A stretch of DNA of 64,000 nucleotides from Oscillospiraceae bacterium (GTDB lineage Bacteria > Bacillota > Clostridia > Oscillospirales > Oscillospiraceae): positions 13-64,012 of the forward strand of contig CADCHN010000021.1 in the NCBI GenBank assembly GCA_902801295.1. The letters run 5' to 3'. The translations under genes were made by a program, and so were the position numbers. Below the pieces are notes generated by a model. That model did not search any database, had not been told where the DNA came from, and saw only the letters and a program-made list of their open reading frames with translations. Position 1 is the first letter of the stretch; every line of letters begins with the position of its first letter. This document shows positions 24,587 to 32,949 of this stretch, piece by piece.

Positions 24587-26203
24587 TTGAAGCAACCATA
24601 CAATACCGCACTATACATGAGACTCAGCCGTGATGACGAGAAATACGGCGACAGCGTTTCCATTGAGACGCAAAGAACGATCCTCCGACAGTTCGCAAGC
24701 GACAACAATCTCCATGTGGTCGATGAGTACGTCGATGACGGATGGAGTGGAACCAATTTCGAGCGTCCGGACTTCAAGCGCATGATGGACGATGTGGAGT
24801 CCGGAAAGATCAACTGCATTGTCACGAAAGACCTTTCCCGTTTTGGCCGTGAGCATGTGATGATGGATTATTATCTGGAGTTCATGTTCCCGCAAAAACA
24901 CATCCGCTACATCGCCGTCACAGAGAACGAGGACACCGAAAAGGGCCTGAGCGATTTTGTTCCCTTCAAGAACCTGTTCAACGAGTGGTTTGCCAAGGAT
25001 ACCAGCCGCAAGGTAAAAGCGGCGTTAAGAGCAAAGCACGCCGCCGGGGAAAGAACGGCTACTTATGCTCCTATCGGATACAAAAAAGACCCAGATGCGA
25101 AAAACAAGATCGTGATCGACGAGGAAACCCGTTGGGTCGTCGAGAAGATTTTTGATCTTGCTGCCCATGGGTGCGGCGCGGCAAAAATCGCCCGGGTGTT
25201 GTATGACGAAAAGATCCCGACTCCCGCCTATTGGCATTTTATGCGTCAGGGGAAGTTTGATTACGTCTTTGAAGATGCCCCGGAGGATAAAGCGTATTCC
25301 TGGTCCCTTGCGAACATCAAGAACATCCTGAAGGACGAGACCTACATCGGCAACACGATCCATCACAAACAGTCGACCATATCCTATAAGAACAAGAAGG
25401 TCGTTCAGAATCCGAAGGAAGAGTGGGTTTGGGTCGAGAACACGCACGAGCCGATCATTTCAAAGGATTTGTTCGACCAGGTGCAGGAGCAGATTGCCAC
25501 CCGGCGCAGGATGCAGAAGGATGCGACGACACAGATTTTTGCCGGTCTTCTGAAATGTGCCGACTGCGGATGGTCAATGACTTTTGCCCGGAACGCCAAC
25601 GCGAAGAACCCTTTCGGTTATTATGTCTGTGGTAGGCATAGGGCGTATCGCTATAAGGGCGGAGAATGTACCAGGCACTATCTTCGGTATGATGTGCTGT
25701 ACGCCTACGTTTTGGAGCGAATCCAGCATTGGGCGAAACGAGCCAAGACGGATGAAAACAGACTCCTGGAGGATCTTCTCAAGTCCGGAGATCGGGAACG
25801 CGCCGCTGCGGTCAAGAAACAGACAGCCGAGCTGAAAAAGGCGGAAAAGCGCAAGGCTGAGTTGGACAATATGTTCGCCAAGATGTACGAGGATTGGGCT
25901 GCGGGCCGCATCACGGAAAGCAATTTCAACATGCTCTCTCAGAGATATCAGAAGGAGCAGGAAGAGCAGGAGCAAAAGATCCAAGACTGCAAAACGAAGC
26001 TGGCTGCAGGAGAGCAGACCGTTGAGGACGCCCAAAAGTGGGTCGAGCTGATCAAGCAGATCGGCGTGCCCAAGGAACTGACTGCGGAGCTTCTAAATGC
26101 TCTGATCGAGAAGATCATTGTCCATGAAGCAACGGAAGACGACTTCGGCTTCCGGCAGCAGGAAATCGAAATCATCTTCCGCTTCGTTGGCAAGATCGAT
26201 TGA
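24587..26203 (+). CDS. Large serine recombinase (resolvase domain + recombinase domain + zinc-ribbon/coiled-coil)
   Basis: TTG start at 24587, 8 nt after GGAGG (alternative ATG at 24617). Catalytic YMRLSRDDE..SIETQR. VTKDLSRFGRE. Recombinase-domain YAPIGYKKD. Cys cluster CADCGW..CGRH. C-terminal coiled coil. Confidence 0.9.
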   Translation: MKQPYNTALYMRLSRDDEKYGDSVSIETQRTILRQFASDNNLHVVDEYVDDGWSGTNFERPDFKRMMDDVESGKINCIVTKDLSRFGREHVMMDYYLEFMFPQKHIRYIAVTENEDTEKGLSDFVPFKNLFNEWFAKDTSRKVKAALRAKHAAGERTATYAPIGYKKDPDAKNKIVIDEETRWVVEKIFDLAAHGCGAAKIARVLYDEKIPTPAYWHFMRQGKFDYVFEDAPEDKAYSWSLANIKNILKDETYIGNTIHHKQSTISYKNKKVVQNPKEEWVWVENTHEPIISKDLFDQVQEQIATRRRMQKDATTQIFAGLLKCADCGWSMTFARNANAKNPFGYYVCGRHRAYRYKGGECTRHYLRYDVLYAYVLERIQHWAKRAKTDENRLLEDLLKSGDRERAAAVKKQTAELKKAEKRKAELDNMFAKMYEDWAAGRITESNFNMLSQRYQKEQEEQEQKIQDCKTKLAAGEQTVEDAQKWVELIKQIGVPKELTAELLNALIEKIIVHEATEDDFGFRQQEIEIIFRFVGKID

Positions 26204-26271
26204 ATTGTAAAAGAGTATCCTTAACGAAAGGAAACCGGGGACGGGAGTCCCCTTTCTGCGTTTAATCTATG

Positions 26272-26305
26272 CCAAAAGGGAACTTTTTCGAAAGTTTCCT
26301 TTTGG
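26272..26305. repeat. Near-palindrome ccaaaagggaactttttcgaaagtttccttttgg (candidate recombinase att half-sites / element end)
   Basis: About 15-bp imperfect arms around a tttcgaaa core, 70 nt downstream of the serine recombinase stop. Confidence 0.3.
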
Positions 26306-26307
26306 CC

Positions 26308-26365
26308 GCTTCAAGCTGTCGACACTTTGTCGACAGCTTGAAGCGCGCCGCAAACTGCGGCGCGC
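26308..26365 (-). terminator. Two abutting GC-rich hairpins downstream of ypeB
   Basis: 16-bp perfect stem gcttcaagctgtcgac/gtcgacagcttgaagc (26308-26344) and 9-bp stem gcgcgccgc/gcggcgcgc (26343-26365), just after the ypeB stop at 26374. Confidence 0.55.
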
Positions 26366-26373
26366 CGTCGATT

Positions 26374-27651
26374 TCAGCCGATGAGAATGTCCTCCTGCTT
26401 GCCGGTGTCCGCGTTAAGATAGACGCGCACGCTCTTTCCGCTGTCGTCCAGACAGCTGAGCTCATAGCAGGCCAGGCTCTGCCCGTCCGCGCCTGCGAGA
26501 CTCACGCGGCGCACTTCCCGCAGATGCAGCCCGGCGGGAACGAGTGCCTTTGCCTCCGCCTCGGAGAAGGGCCAGTCGCTCGCCGCGCCCTCCCCGGCCG
26601 CCCGGCTCAGATCCAGCGCGTAGATCGAGCCGTCGTCCAACGCGACGGCAACGCCGATCTCGTGATCCAGACCCGTCACGCCGTCGGTCTCGGCGCTGCC
26701 GCGCAGCTCCAGCAGGTTGCCGCGTCGCGTGCTCTCCTCCCAGCGCAAGCCCTCATAGCCCAGCGCGCGGAGCGCTTCCTCCGCCGCGGCGCGGGCCTCG
26801 TCGTCGCTGAGGCGGCTCTCGCTGACGAGCCGCGAATCCCGCAGCTGCTCGATGCCGTTCGCCGTCACCGTGACGCTTTTGCCGTCATGCGTCAGCAGCA
26901 GCCGCCCCTGATCCTCAAAGCGCGCCGCGATCTCCGGTTCCTCCGGCCCGCACTCGAGCAGCGCCGCCGCCTGCTCGCGCGCCCGCGCCTCGTCCACAGG
27001 CTGTGCCTGCTCCTCCTCGTGCGCGGAATACTGCCCGTGGTAGACGAGCTTCTGTGCCGCCGGGAAGTCCCGTGCATAGTCGCCCAGGCGCGCGCTCAGA
27101 AACGAGGGCGCCTCGTCGAGGATATTGGCCACCTGCGTCTCCCGGCTGTCCATCGTCAGCAGCCCGTCGCGAAGGTCCCCGTGCATACCGCGCAGGCTGT
27201 CGGCCAGCTCCGCCGCCGTCGCAGAGAGCTCGACAAGATTGCTTCTCTGCTCGTCGCTCAGTCCCTCCTCCGCCGCCTCGCGGCAGAGGGTGAAGGCGTA
27301 GTCGCCGCTCAGGCTGATGAAGCGCTTGAGTTCCTCCATTTCCACCGTCGAAAAGGGCAGCGCGGAGAGCGCCGTGCCGGCCCGGCCGGCGTCGGCGTAG
27401 ATCTCGGCACAGACCTTCGCGCACATGGCGCCGTCCCCGGCGTAGCAGCTCTTTTCCAGCGAGGCGCTCAGATCGTTCAGCGCGCCGACGGTTTCCTCAA
27501 AAGCGCGGTCGGCGTCGATGGCCGTCTGGCGGCGATAAGCGCGCAGATGCCCCCAGCTTACCGCGGAAAACAAGCTCAGCGCCACGAGCGCAGCGGCGGA
27601 AAAACTCATGAGGCGCACCAGCGCGCGGCGGGACAGTTTACGTTTTGACAT
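26374..27651 (-). CDS. ypeB: YpeB-like spore germination protein (N-terminal TM, PepSY-type C-terminal domains)
   Basis: Start at MSKRKLSRRALVRLMSFSAAALVALSLF (ATG 27651). Overall YpeB-like layout, about 425 aa. Confidence 0.6.
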   Translation of the reverse strand: MSKRKLSRRALVRLMSFSAAALVALSLFSAVSWGHLRAYRRQTAIDADRAFEETVGALNDLSASLEKSCYAGDGAMCAKVCAEIYADAGRAGTALSALPFSTVEMEELKRFISLSGDYAFTLCREAAEEGLSDEQRSNLVELSATAAELADSLRGMHGDLRDGLLTMDSRETQVANILDEAPSFLSARLGDYARDFPAAQKLVYHGQYSAHEEEQAQPVDEARAREQAAALLECGPEEPEIAARFEDQGRLLLTHDGKSVTVTANGIEQLRDSRLVSESRLSDDEARAAAEEALRALGYEGLRWEESTRRGNLLELRGSAETDGVTGLDHEIGVAVALDDGSIYALDLSRAAGEGAASDWPFSEAEAKALVPAGLHLREVRRVSLAGADGQSLACYELSCLDDSGKSVRVYLNADTGKQEDILIG

Positions 27652-27717
27652 GAAAAAATCACCTCTGTTGGGACTTATTTTTCCCAACAGAGGCGATACT
27701 ATGTGTAAATCCTGTTG

Positions 27718-29193
27718 TCAGCCGAGTTTTTCAAGGCCGATGCGCAGGCGGCGCAGGGTCTCTTCGCGGCCGAGGATGCGGCAGATCTCCACCGCGCCGC
27801 CGGGCGTGACGGCCTTGCCGGCCGCGGCGATGCGAACGGGCCACATGATTTTGGCGTTTTTCACGCCCTGCTCTTCGGCCATCTTCACCATCGCGTTCAG
27901 GATGCTCTCATCGTCCCAGACAGGCAGCGCCTCAAAGATCGGGATAATCTGCGAAAGCACTTCGCGGGAGCTCTGCTCGTCAGACTTGGACTTTTTGTGC
28001 ACGAAAAGCTCCGTGCCGTAGTCCGGCAGCTCGTCGAAGAAGTCCAGCTTCTCGGGGATGTCGGTCAGCACCTCGGTGCGCTGCTGCAGCAACGCCGCGA
28101 TCGCGGCCGCGTCATAAGCGGGATTCTTGACCGCCCGACGGATCCAAGGCTCGGCGATCTTGGCAAAAGCCTCCGGCGTCATGGCGCGGATGTACTCGCT
28201 GTTGAAGTAGCGCAGCTTCTCGATGTCGAAGATGGCGGGCGATTTGGAGATGCCGGCCATGTCAAAGGCGGCCTTCAGCTCGTCCAGGCTGAAGATTTCC
28301 TGTTCGCCGCGCGGGCTCCAGCCCAGCAGCGCCACGTAGTTGAGCACCGCGTCAGTCAGGAAGCCCTGGGCGATCAGGTCCTCATAGGAGGGGTCGCCGT
28401 GGCGCTTGGACATCTTGTTGTGCGCGTCGCGCATGACGGGCGAGCAGTGGACGTACTTCGGAATGTCCCAGCCGAAGCCCTCGTACAGGAGATTGTACTT
28501 CGGTGCGGAGGAGAGGTACTCGCTGCCGCGCACGACGTGGGTGATGCCCATGAGGTGGTCGTCCACGACGTTGGCAAAGTTATAGGTGGGCAGGCCGTCG
28601 CGTTTGATGAGCACCTGGTCGTCAAGCGTGGTGTTCTCCACGGTGATATCGCCGAAGATCTCATCGTGGAAGGTGGTCGTGCCCTCGTGCGGGATGCGCT
28701 GGCGGATGACATAGGGCTCGCCCGCGGCGGCGCACGCGTCGGATTCTTCCTGGCTCAGGCTGCGGCAGGGATCGTCCGCGCGGTCGAACTGGCCGCTGTC
28801 CTCCTCGCTCTCGGTCTTCTCGCAGAAGCAGCGGTAGGCGTGGCCGCGGCTCATCAGCAGCTCTGCGTATTCTTTATAGAAGGGACGGCGCTCGGTCTGC
28901 ACATAGGGCGCCACGGGGCCGCCCACGTCCGGGCCCTCGTCGTGCTCGAGGTGGCACTCGGCCATGGTCTTGTAGATCACGTCCACCGCGCCCTCAACGA
29001 GGCGTCCCTGGTCGGTATCCTCGATGCGCAGGATAAACTTGCCGCCGTTGTGGCGGGCGATCAGGTAGGTGTAGAGCGCCGTGCGCAGATTGCCCACGTG
29101 CATATAGCCGGTGGGAGAGGGGGCGAAACGCGTGCGCACCTCGTTTTTGGGGATGCGCGCCTCCATGTCCTCAAACCAGGTCATGTCTTTCAT
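27718..29193 (-). CDS. gltX: Glutamyl-tRNA synthetase
   Basis: RTRFAPSPTGYMHVGNLRTALY (HIGH region), KMSKRHG (KMSKS), 491 aa. Confidence 0.95.
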   Translation of the reverse strand: MKDMTWFEDMEARIPKNEVRTRFAPSPTGYMHVGNLRTALYTYLIARHNGGKFILRIEDTDQGRLVEGAVDVIYKTMAECHLEHDEGPDVGGPVAPYVQTERRPFYKEYAELLMSRGHAYRCFCEKTESEEDSGQFDRADDPCRSLSQEESDACAAAGEPYVIRQRIPHEGTTTFHDEIFGDITVENTTLDDQVLIKRDGLPTYNFANVVDDHLMGITHVVRGSEYLSSAPKYNLLYEGFGWDIPKYVHCSPVMRDAHNKMSKRHGDPSYEDLIAQGFLTDAVLNYVALLGWSPRGEQEIFSLDELKAAFDMAGISKSPAIFDIEKLRYFNSEYIRAMTPEAFAKIAEPWIRRAVKNPAYDAAAIAALLQQRTEVLTDIPEKLDFFDELPDYGTELFVHKKSKSDEQSSREVLSQIIPIFEALPVWDDESILNAMVKMAEEQGVKNAKIMWPVRIAAAGKAVTPGGAVEICRILGREETLRRLRIGLEKLG

Positions 29194-29231
29194 AACGGGT
29201 TCCTCCGAATATCGTATGTGATAGCTTTCCT

Positions 29232-29282
29232 ATTTTATTTTGCATTTACCCCGTTGTCAAGATGCAGTTGATTTGATATATT
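29232..29282. promoter_or_regulatory. Back-to-back gltX and trpS promoters with overlapping -35 hexamers
   Basis: Plus strand: TTGTCA (29254-29259), 17 nt, TATATT (29277-29282). Minus strand: TTGACA (29255-29260), 17 nt, TAAAAT (29232-29237). Confidence 0.5.
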
Positions 29283-29326
29283 TAATATCATCATCGTCTG
29301 AAATCCCGCAGAAACGAGGTACGCAT

Positions 29327-30343
29327 ATGGACACTGTCACTGAAAAGAAAAAAGTGATGCTCTCGGGCATCAAGCCCACCGGGGATCTGACCCTCGGCTC
29401 CTATCTCGGCGCCATCAAGAACTGGGCCGAGCGCGCCGAGCAGTACGACTGCTACTACTTCATGGCCGACCTGCACGCGCTCACCACGCGCAATAACCCC
29501 GCCGATCTGCGCCGCCGCACGCTCGAGCAGCTCGCGCAGTATGTGGCCTGCGGCCTCGACCCGCAGAAAAACACGCTCTTTATCCAGAGCCACGTCCCGC
29601 AGCATGCCGAACTCGGCTGGATTTTGAACTGCTACACGATGTTCGGCGAGCTCAGCCGCATGACCCAGTTCAAGGACAAGAGCGCGAAAAACGCCGACAA
29701 CATCAACGGGGGCCTCTTCACCTATCCCGCGCTGATGGCGGCGGATATCCTGCTCTACCAGCCGGATTACGTCCCTGTGGGCGAGGATCAGAAGCAGCAC
29801 GTGGAGCTGACGCGCGACGTGGCCCAGCGCTTCAACAAGCTCTACGGCGAGACCTTCCGCATGCCCGAGCCCTTCATCCCCAAGGTAGGCGCGCGCGTGA
29901 TGGATCTGCTCGACCCGCACAGCAAGATGTCCAAGTCCGACGAGATCGGCAACGGCCGCGTCTGCCTGATGGACGATCCGGCGGACATCATGCGCAAGTT
30001 CAAGCGCGCCGTCACCGACTGCGACACCGAGCGCTGCGTGCGCTACGACCCGGAGAACAAGCCGGGCGTGGCAAACCTCATGAGCATCTACGCCGCCGTC
30101 ACCGGCAAGAGCTTTGCCGAGATCGAGGCGGAGTTTGACGGCAAGGGCTACGGCTTCTTCAAGCCCGCCGTGGGCGAGGCCGTCGTCGAGACCCTGCGCC
30201 CGATCCGCGAGGAAGCCCAGCGCATCATCAAGGACAAGGCCTATCTGGAAACCATGTGCCGCGACGGAGCCGAACGCGCCTCTTACATAGCCGAAAAGAC
30301 CCTGCGCAAGGTGCGCAAGAAAGTGGGTCTTGTGGCAAAATAA
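29327..30343 (+). CDS. trpS: Tryptophanyl-tRNA synthetase
   Basis: Start at MDTVTEKKKVMLSGIKPTGDLTLGSYLG (ATG 29327). KMSKS motif HSKMSKSD. 338 aa. Confidence 0.95.
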   Translation: MDTVTEKKKVMLSGIKPTGDLTLGSYLGAIKNWAERAEQYDCYYFMADLHALTTRNNPADLRRRTLEQLAQYVACGLDPQKNTLFIQSHVPQHAELGWILNCYTMFGELSRMTQFKDKSAKNADNINGGLFTYPALMAADILLYQPDYVPVGEDQKQHVELTRDVAQRFNKLYGETFRMPEPFIPKVGARVMDLLDPHSKMSKSDEIGNGRVCLMDDPADIMRKFKRAVTDCDTERCVRYDPENKPGVANLMSIYAAVTGKSFAEIEAEFDGKGYGFFKPAVGEAVVETLRPIREEAQRIIKDKAYLETMCRDGAERASYIAEKTLRKVRKKVGLVAK

Positions 30344-30361
30344 GCCAAGAGGTTCCGACCT

Positions 30362-31399
30362 ATGCTCTCTTTTCTTCCCGCGTGGCTGCGCACGGCGCTC
30401 GCGCTTTTCTGCTCCGGCGCGCTCTGCCATCTCTTCACGCCGCCCGTCCGCTCGCTTGCGCTGCGGCTCGGCGCCGTTGACCGCCCCGGCGGTCGGCGCG
30501 TCAACCGCTCCCCGGTGCCGCGGATGGGCGGTCTTGCCATCTCGCTGGGGTTTCTGGCCGTCATTCCCGCGCTGTGCCCGCCGGAAAGGCCGGTGTTCGG
30601 TCTGCTCGGCGGCGCGCTGCTGATCGTTCTGATGGGCGCGCTGGATGATCTCTTCGATCTGCGGCCCGCCGTCAAGCTGCTCGCGCAGCTGGCCGCGGCG
30701 GCTGTCGCCGTGCGCGGCGGCGTCGTCCTCGGCGCGGTGTCCTCCCTCTCCGGCGAAAGCATCGCTCTGCCCCATCCCCTCGCCGCCGCGCTGACGATGC
30801 TGTGGATCGTCGCCTGCACCAACGCCGTCAACCTCATCGACGGGCTGGACGGGCTGGCCGTCGGCGTGTCCGCCATCGGCTCGCTGAGCATGCTGCTGGT
30901 GGCGCTGGCCGTCTCGGCACCCGCCGTGGCGGTGCTGCTGGCCGCGCTCAACGGCGCCTGTCTGGGCTTTCTGCCCTATAACCGCAGCCCGGCCCGCATT
31001 TTCATGGGCGACGCGGGCTCGCAGTTTCTCGGCTTTGTGCTGGGCGCCGCGAGTGTGATGGGCCTGCTGAAATTCCACACGCTCGTCAGCTTTTTCGTGC
31101 CGCTGCTGGCGCTTTTTGTTCCCCTCGCGGACACGGCCTTCGCCGTGATCCGCCGTCTTGTGCGTGGGCAGAGCCCCTTTCACGCCGACCGGGGGCATAT
31201 CCACCACCGGCTGCTCGATCTGGGGCTGAGCCAGAAGCAGGCCGTGGCGCTGCTCTACGGCCTGTCCTCGCTGCAGGGTCTGGCAGCGGTGCTGCTGGCC
31301 GGGACCGACGCACTCTCTCGCGCCGTGAGTCTGCTGCCGGCCTTCGCGCTGTCGCTGGCCGTCTGGCTGCCGGTGCTCCGCAGCCCGCCGGAACGGTAG
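30362..31399 (+). CDS. MraY-like glycosyltransferase family 4 (undecaprenyl-phosphate GlcNAc-1-phosphate transferase, TagO/WecA type)
   Basis: Polytopic membrane protein. PRMGGLAI, NAVNLIDGLDGLA, FMGDAGSQFLGF motifs. Confidence 0.85.
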   Translation: MLSFLPAWLRTALALFCSGALCHLFTPPVRSLALRLGAVDRPGGRRVNRSPVPRMGGLAISLGFLAVIPALCPPERPVFGLLGGALLIVLMGALDDLFDLRPAVKLLAQLAAAAVAVRGGVVLGAVSSLSGESIALPHPLAAALTMLWIVACTNAVNLIDGLDGLAVGVSAIGSLSMLLVALAVSAPAVAVLLAALNGACLGFLPYNRSPARIFMGDAGSQFLGFVLGAASVMGLLKFHTLVSFFVPLLALFVPLADTAFAVIRRLVRGQSPFHADRGHIHHRLLDLGLSQKQAVALLYGLSSLQGLAAVLLAGTDALSRAVSLLPAFALSLAVWLPVLRSPPER

Positions 31400-31410
31400 A
31401 ATAATCATTG

Positions 31411-31448
31411 AAAGCACAGCTCCTCATGATGGGGAGCTGTGCTTTTTT
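31411..31448 (+). terminator. Rho-independent terminator after the GT4 transferase gene
   Basis: agcacagctcc-n9-ggagctgtgct followed by tttttt. Confidence 0.8.
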
Positions 31449-31499
31449 ATATATGTAGTCGTCCGAAGCCTGTGCACACGTCCCGGGCAGAAATAACCG

Positions 31500-31528
31500 T
31501 TGAAAAAAGGCGTGAAATGCGGTATGAT
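31500..31528 (+). promoter_or_regulatory. Sigma-70-type promoter of the VTC operon
   Basis: TTGAAA, 17 nt, TATGAT, 30 nt upstream of the ATG at 31559. Confidence 0.55.
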
Positions 31529-31558
31529 GAGATGTAATATTGTTTTGGGAGCACAGCC

Positions 31559-32281
31559 ATGCAGGAAACGATCCTGACCTTCAAGCGCTACGAAAAAAAA
31601 TACCTGCTCAGCGCCCGGAAATTTGATCTGCTCTGGGAGCGGATGCGCGAGCATCTGGTGCCGGATCTCTTCTTTCAGAGCACCGTGTGCAGCATCTACT
31701 ACGACAGCGACGATTTTTCCCTGATCCGCCACTCGCTGGATCGGCCGGTGTACAAGGAAAAGCTCCGGCTGCGCAGCTACAATGTGCCGAAGCCGGACGG
31801 CGCGGTGTTTGTGGAGCTGAAAAAGAAGTTCCGCGGCGTGGTATACAAGCGCCGGGTGCAGATGAGCGCCGCGGCGGCAGAGAGCTATCTCGCCGGGCAG
31901 ACACGGCCGGACGAGGACGGGCAGATCCTGCGGGAGATCGACTATTTCCTGCATACCCACCCGGTTTCGCCCAAGGTCTACATCGCCTGCGAGCGCGAGG
32001 CCTGGGTCGATCGGGAGGAGCCGGAGCTGCGCATCACCTTTGACCGCAATCTCCGCTGGCGTGACACCGACCTGCACCTGACCGCCGGCAGCGAGGGCGC
32101 GCCGCTGCTCGATGAGGGCGAGGTGCTGATGGAGATCAAGATCCCGGGGGCAGCGCCATTGTGGCTGGCCCATCTGCTCAGCGAGCTGGAGATCTTTCCC
32201 ACCAGCTTTTCCAAATACGGCACCTGCTATCGGCAAGACCTGCTTGAGAAATATTTTAACGGAGTGATCGTTTGTGTTTAA
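31559..32281 (+). CDS. VTC-domain (polyphosphate-polymerase-like, CYTH/TTM fold) protein
   Basis: FKRYEKKYLL start, SIYYDSDDF, KLRLRSY, VELKKK motifs typical of bacterial VTC-domain proteins. Confidence 0.8.
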   Translation: MQETILTFKRYEKKYLLSARKFDLLWERMREHLVPDLFFQSTVCSIYYDSDDFSLIRHSLDRPVYKEKLRLRSYNVPKPDGAVFVELKKKFRGVVYKRRVQMSAAAAESYLAGQTRPDEDGQILREIDYFLHTHPVSPKVYIACEREAWVDREEPELRITFDRNLRWRDTDLHLTAGSEGAPLLDEGEVLMEIKIPGAAPLWLAHLLSELEIFPTSFSKYGTCYRQDLLEKYFNGVIVCV

Positions 32282-32936
32282 CAGTGTAATTTCCACCAGC
32301 CTGACCCTGTCCGCCTTTCTGATCTGCCTCGGCGGCGCCATCGTGCTCGGCGTGCTGACCGCGCTGGTCTTTTCCTTCCGCAGCCGCAGCAGCAGCTCGC
32401 TGAATGTGGCGCTGGCCATGCTGCCTCCGATCGTGACCCTGGTCATCATGATGGTCAACGGCAGCATCGGCGCGGGTCTCGCCGTCGCGGGCACCTTCTC
32501 GCTGGTGCGCTTCCGCAGCGCGCCCGGCACAGCCAAGGAGATCTGCGGCGTGTTCATGGCCACGGCCATCGGCCTGGCCTGCGGCATGGGCTATGTGGGC
32601 GTCGCGGCCCTGTTCTTCGTCGTGATGGGCGTTTTTGTGCTGCTGCTCAGTCTGCTGCGCATGGGCGAAGTCAGCAGCTCCTACCGCCATCTGAAGATCA
32701 CCATTCCGGAAACGCTGGAGTACGACGGGCTGTTCGACGATCTTTTCGCCAAATACACCAGCCGCCACGAGCTGGTGAAGGTCAAGACCACCAACATGGG
32801 CACACTCTATGAGCTGAGCTACGACATCTACCTCAAGGACGGCGAGATCAAAAAGGAATTCATCGACGCAATTCGCTGCCGCAACGGCAACCTGAATGTC
32901 AGCTGCGGCCGCCAGAACGACAAGGAAATGCTCTGA
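32274..32936 (+). CDS. DUF4956-family membrane protein
   Basis: GTG start overlapping the VTC gene end. 4-5 TM segments, then a soluble C-terminus. This is the canonical partner of VTC-domain genes. Confidence 0.65.
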   Translation: MFNSVISTSLTLSAFLICLGGAIVLGVLTALVFSFRSRSSSSLNVALAMLPPIVTLVIMMVNGSIGAGLAVAGTFSLVRFRSAPGTAKEICGVFMATAIGLACGMGYVGVAALFFVVMGVFVLLLSLLRMGEVSSSYRHLKITIPETLEYDGLFDDLFAKYTSRHELVKVKTTNMGTLYELSYDIYLKDGEIKKEFIDAIRCRNGNLNVSCGRQNDKEML

Positions 32937-32949
32937 GGCGGGAGGAACC

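Larger units (their letters stand above)
20240..26310 (+). mobile_element. Tn4451-like integrative mobilisable element (extent uncertain, especially the left end)
   Basis: Repressor, MobC/relaxase, TnpW-like and large serine recombinase all on one strand. Lower GC than the flanking core. The core gene ypeB begins right after it. Confidence 0.45.

Noticed and set aside
29194-29326. Possible T-box leader or riboswitch in front of trpS or gltX
   Set aside because: The shared spacer is only 133 nt and is fully accounted for by two promoters and RBSs. I saw no specifier-loop/T-box sequence (AGGGUGGNACCGCG-like) or terminator/antiterminator pair.
29291-31417. 708-aa minus-strand ORF opposite trpS and the GT4 transferase gene
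   Set aside because: The translation is Arg/Ala/Gly/Gln-rich nonsense, and the plus strand encodes two unmistakable proteins. This is a GC-driven shadow ORF. The same reasoning applies to 56-1132(+), 1253-1900(+), 4030-5004(+), 5351-6340(+), 13087-13806(+), 14533-15666(+), 26269-27648(+), 27715-29271(+), 31424-32587(-), 32256-33152(-), 34357-35910(-), 37255-38451(+), 45657-46562(-), 48135-50198(+), 50475-51500(+), 51097-52599(+), 53763-55076(+), 56991-58205(+), 58236-59267(-), 59014-60285(-) and 62543-63976(-).
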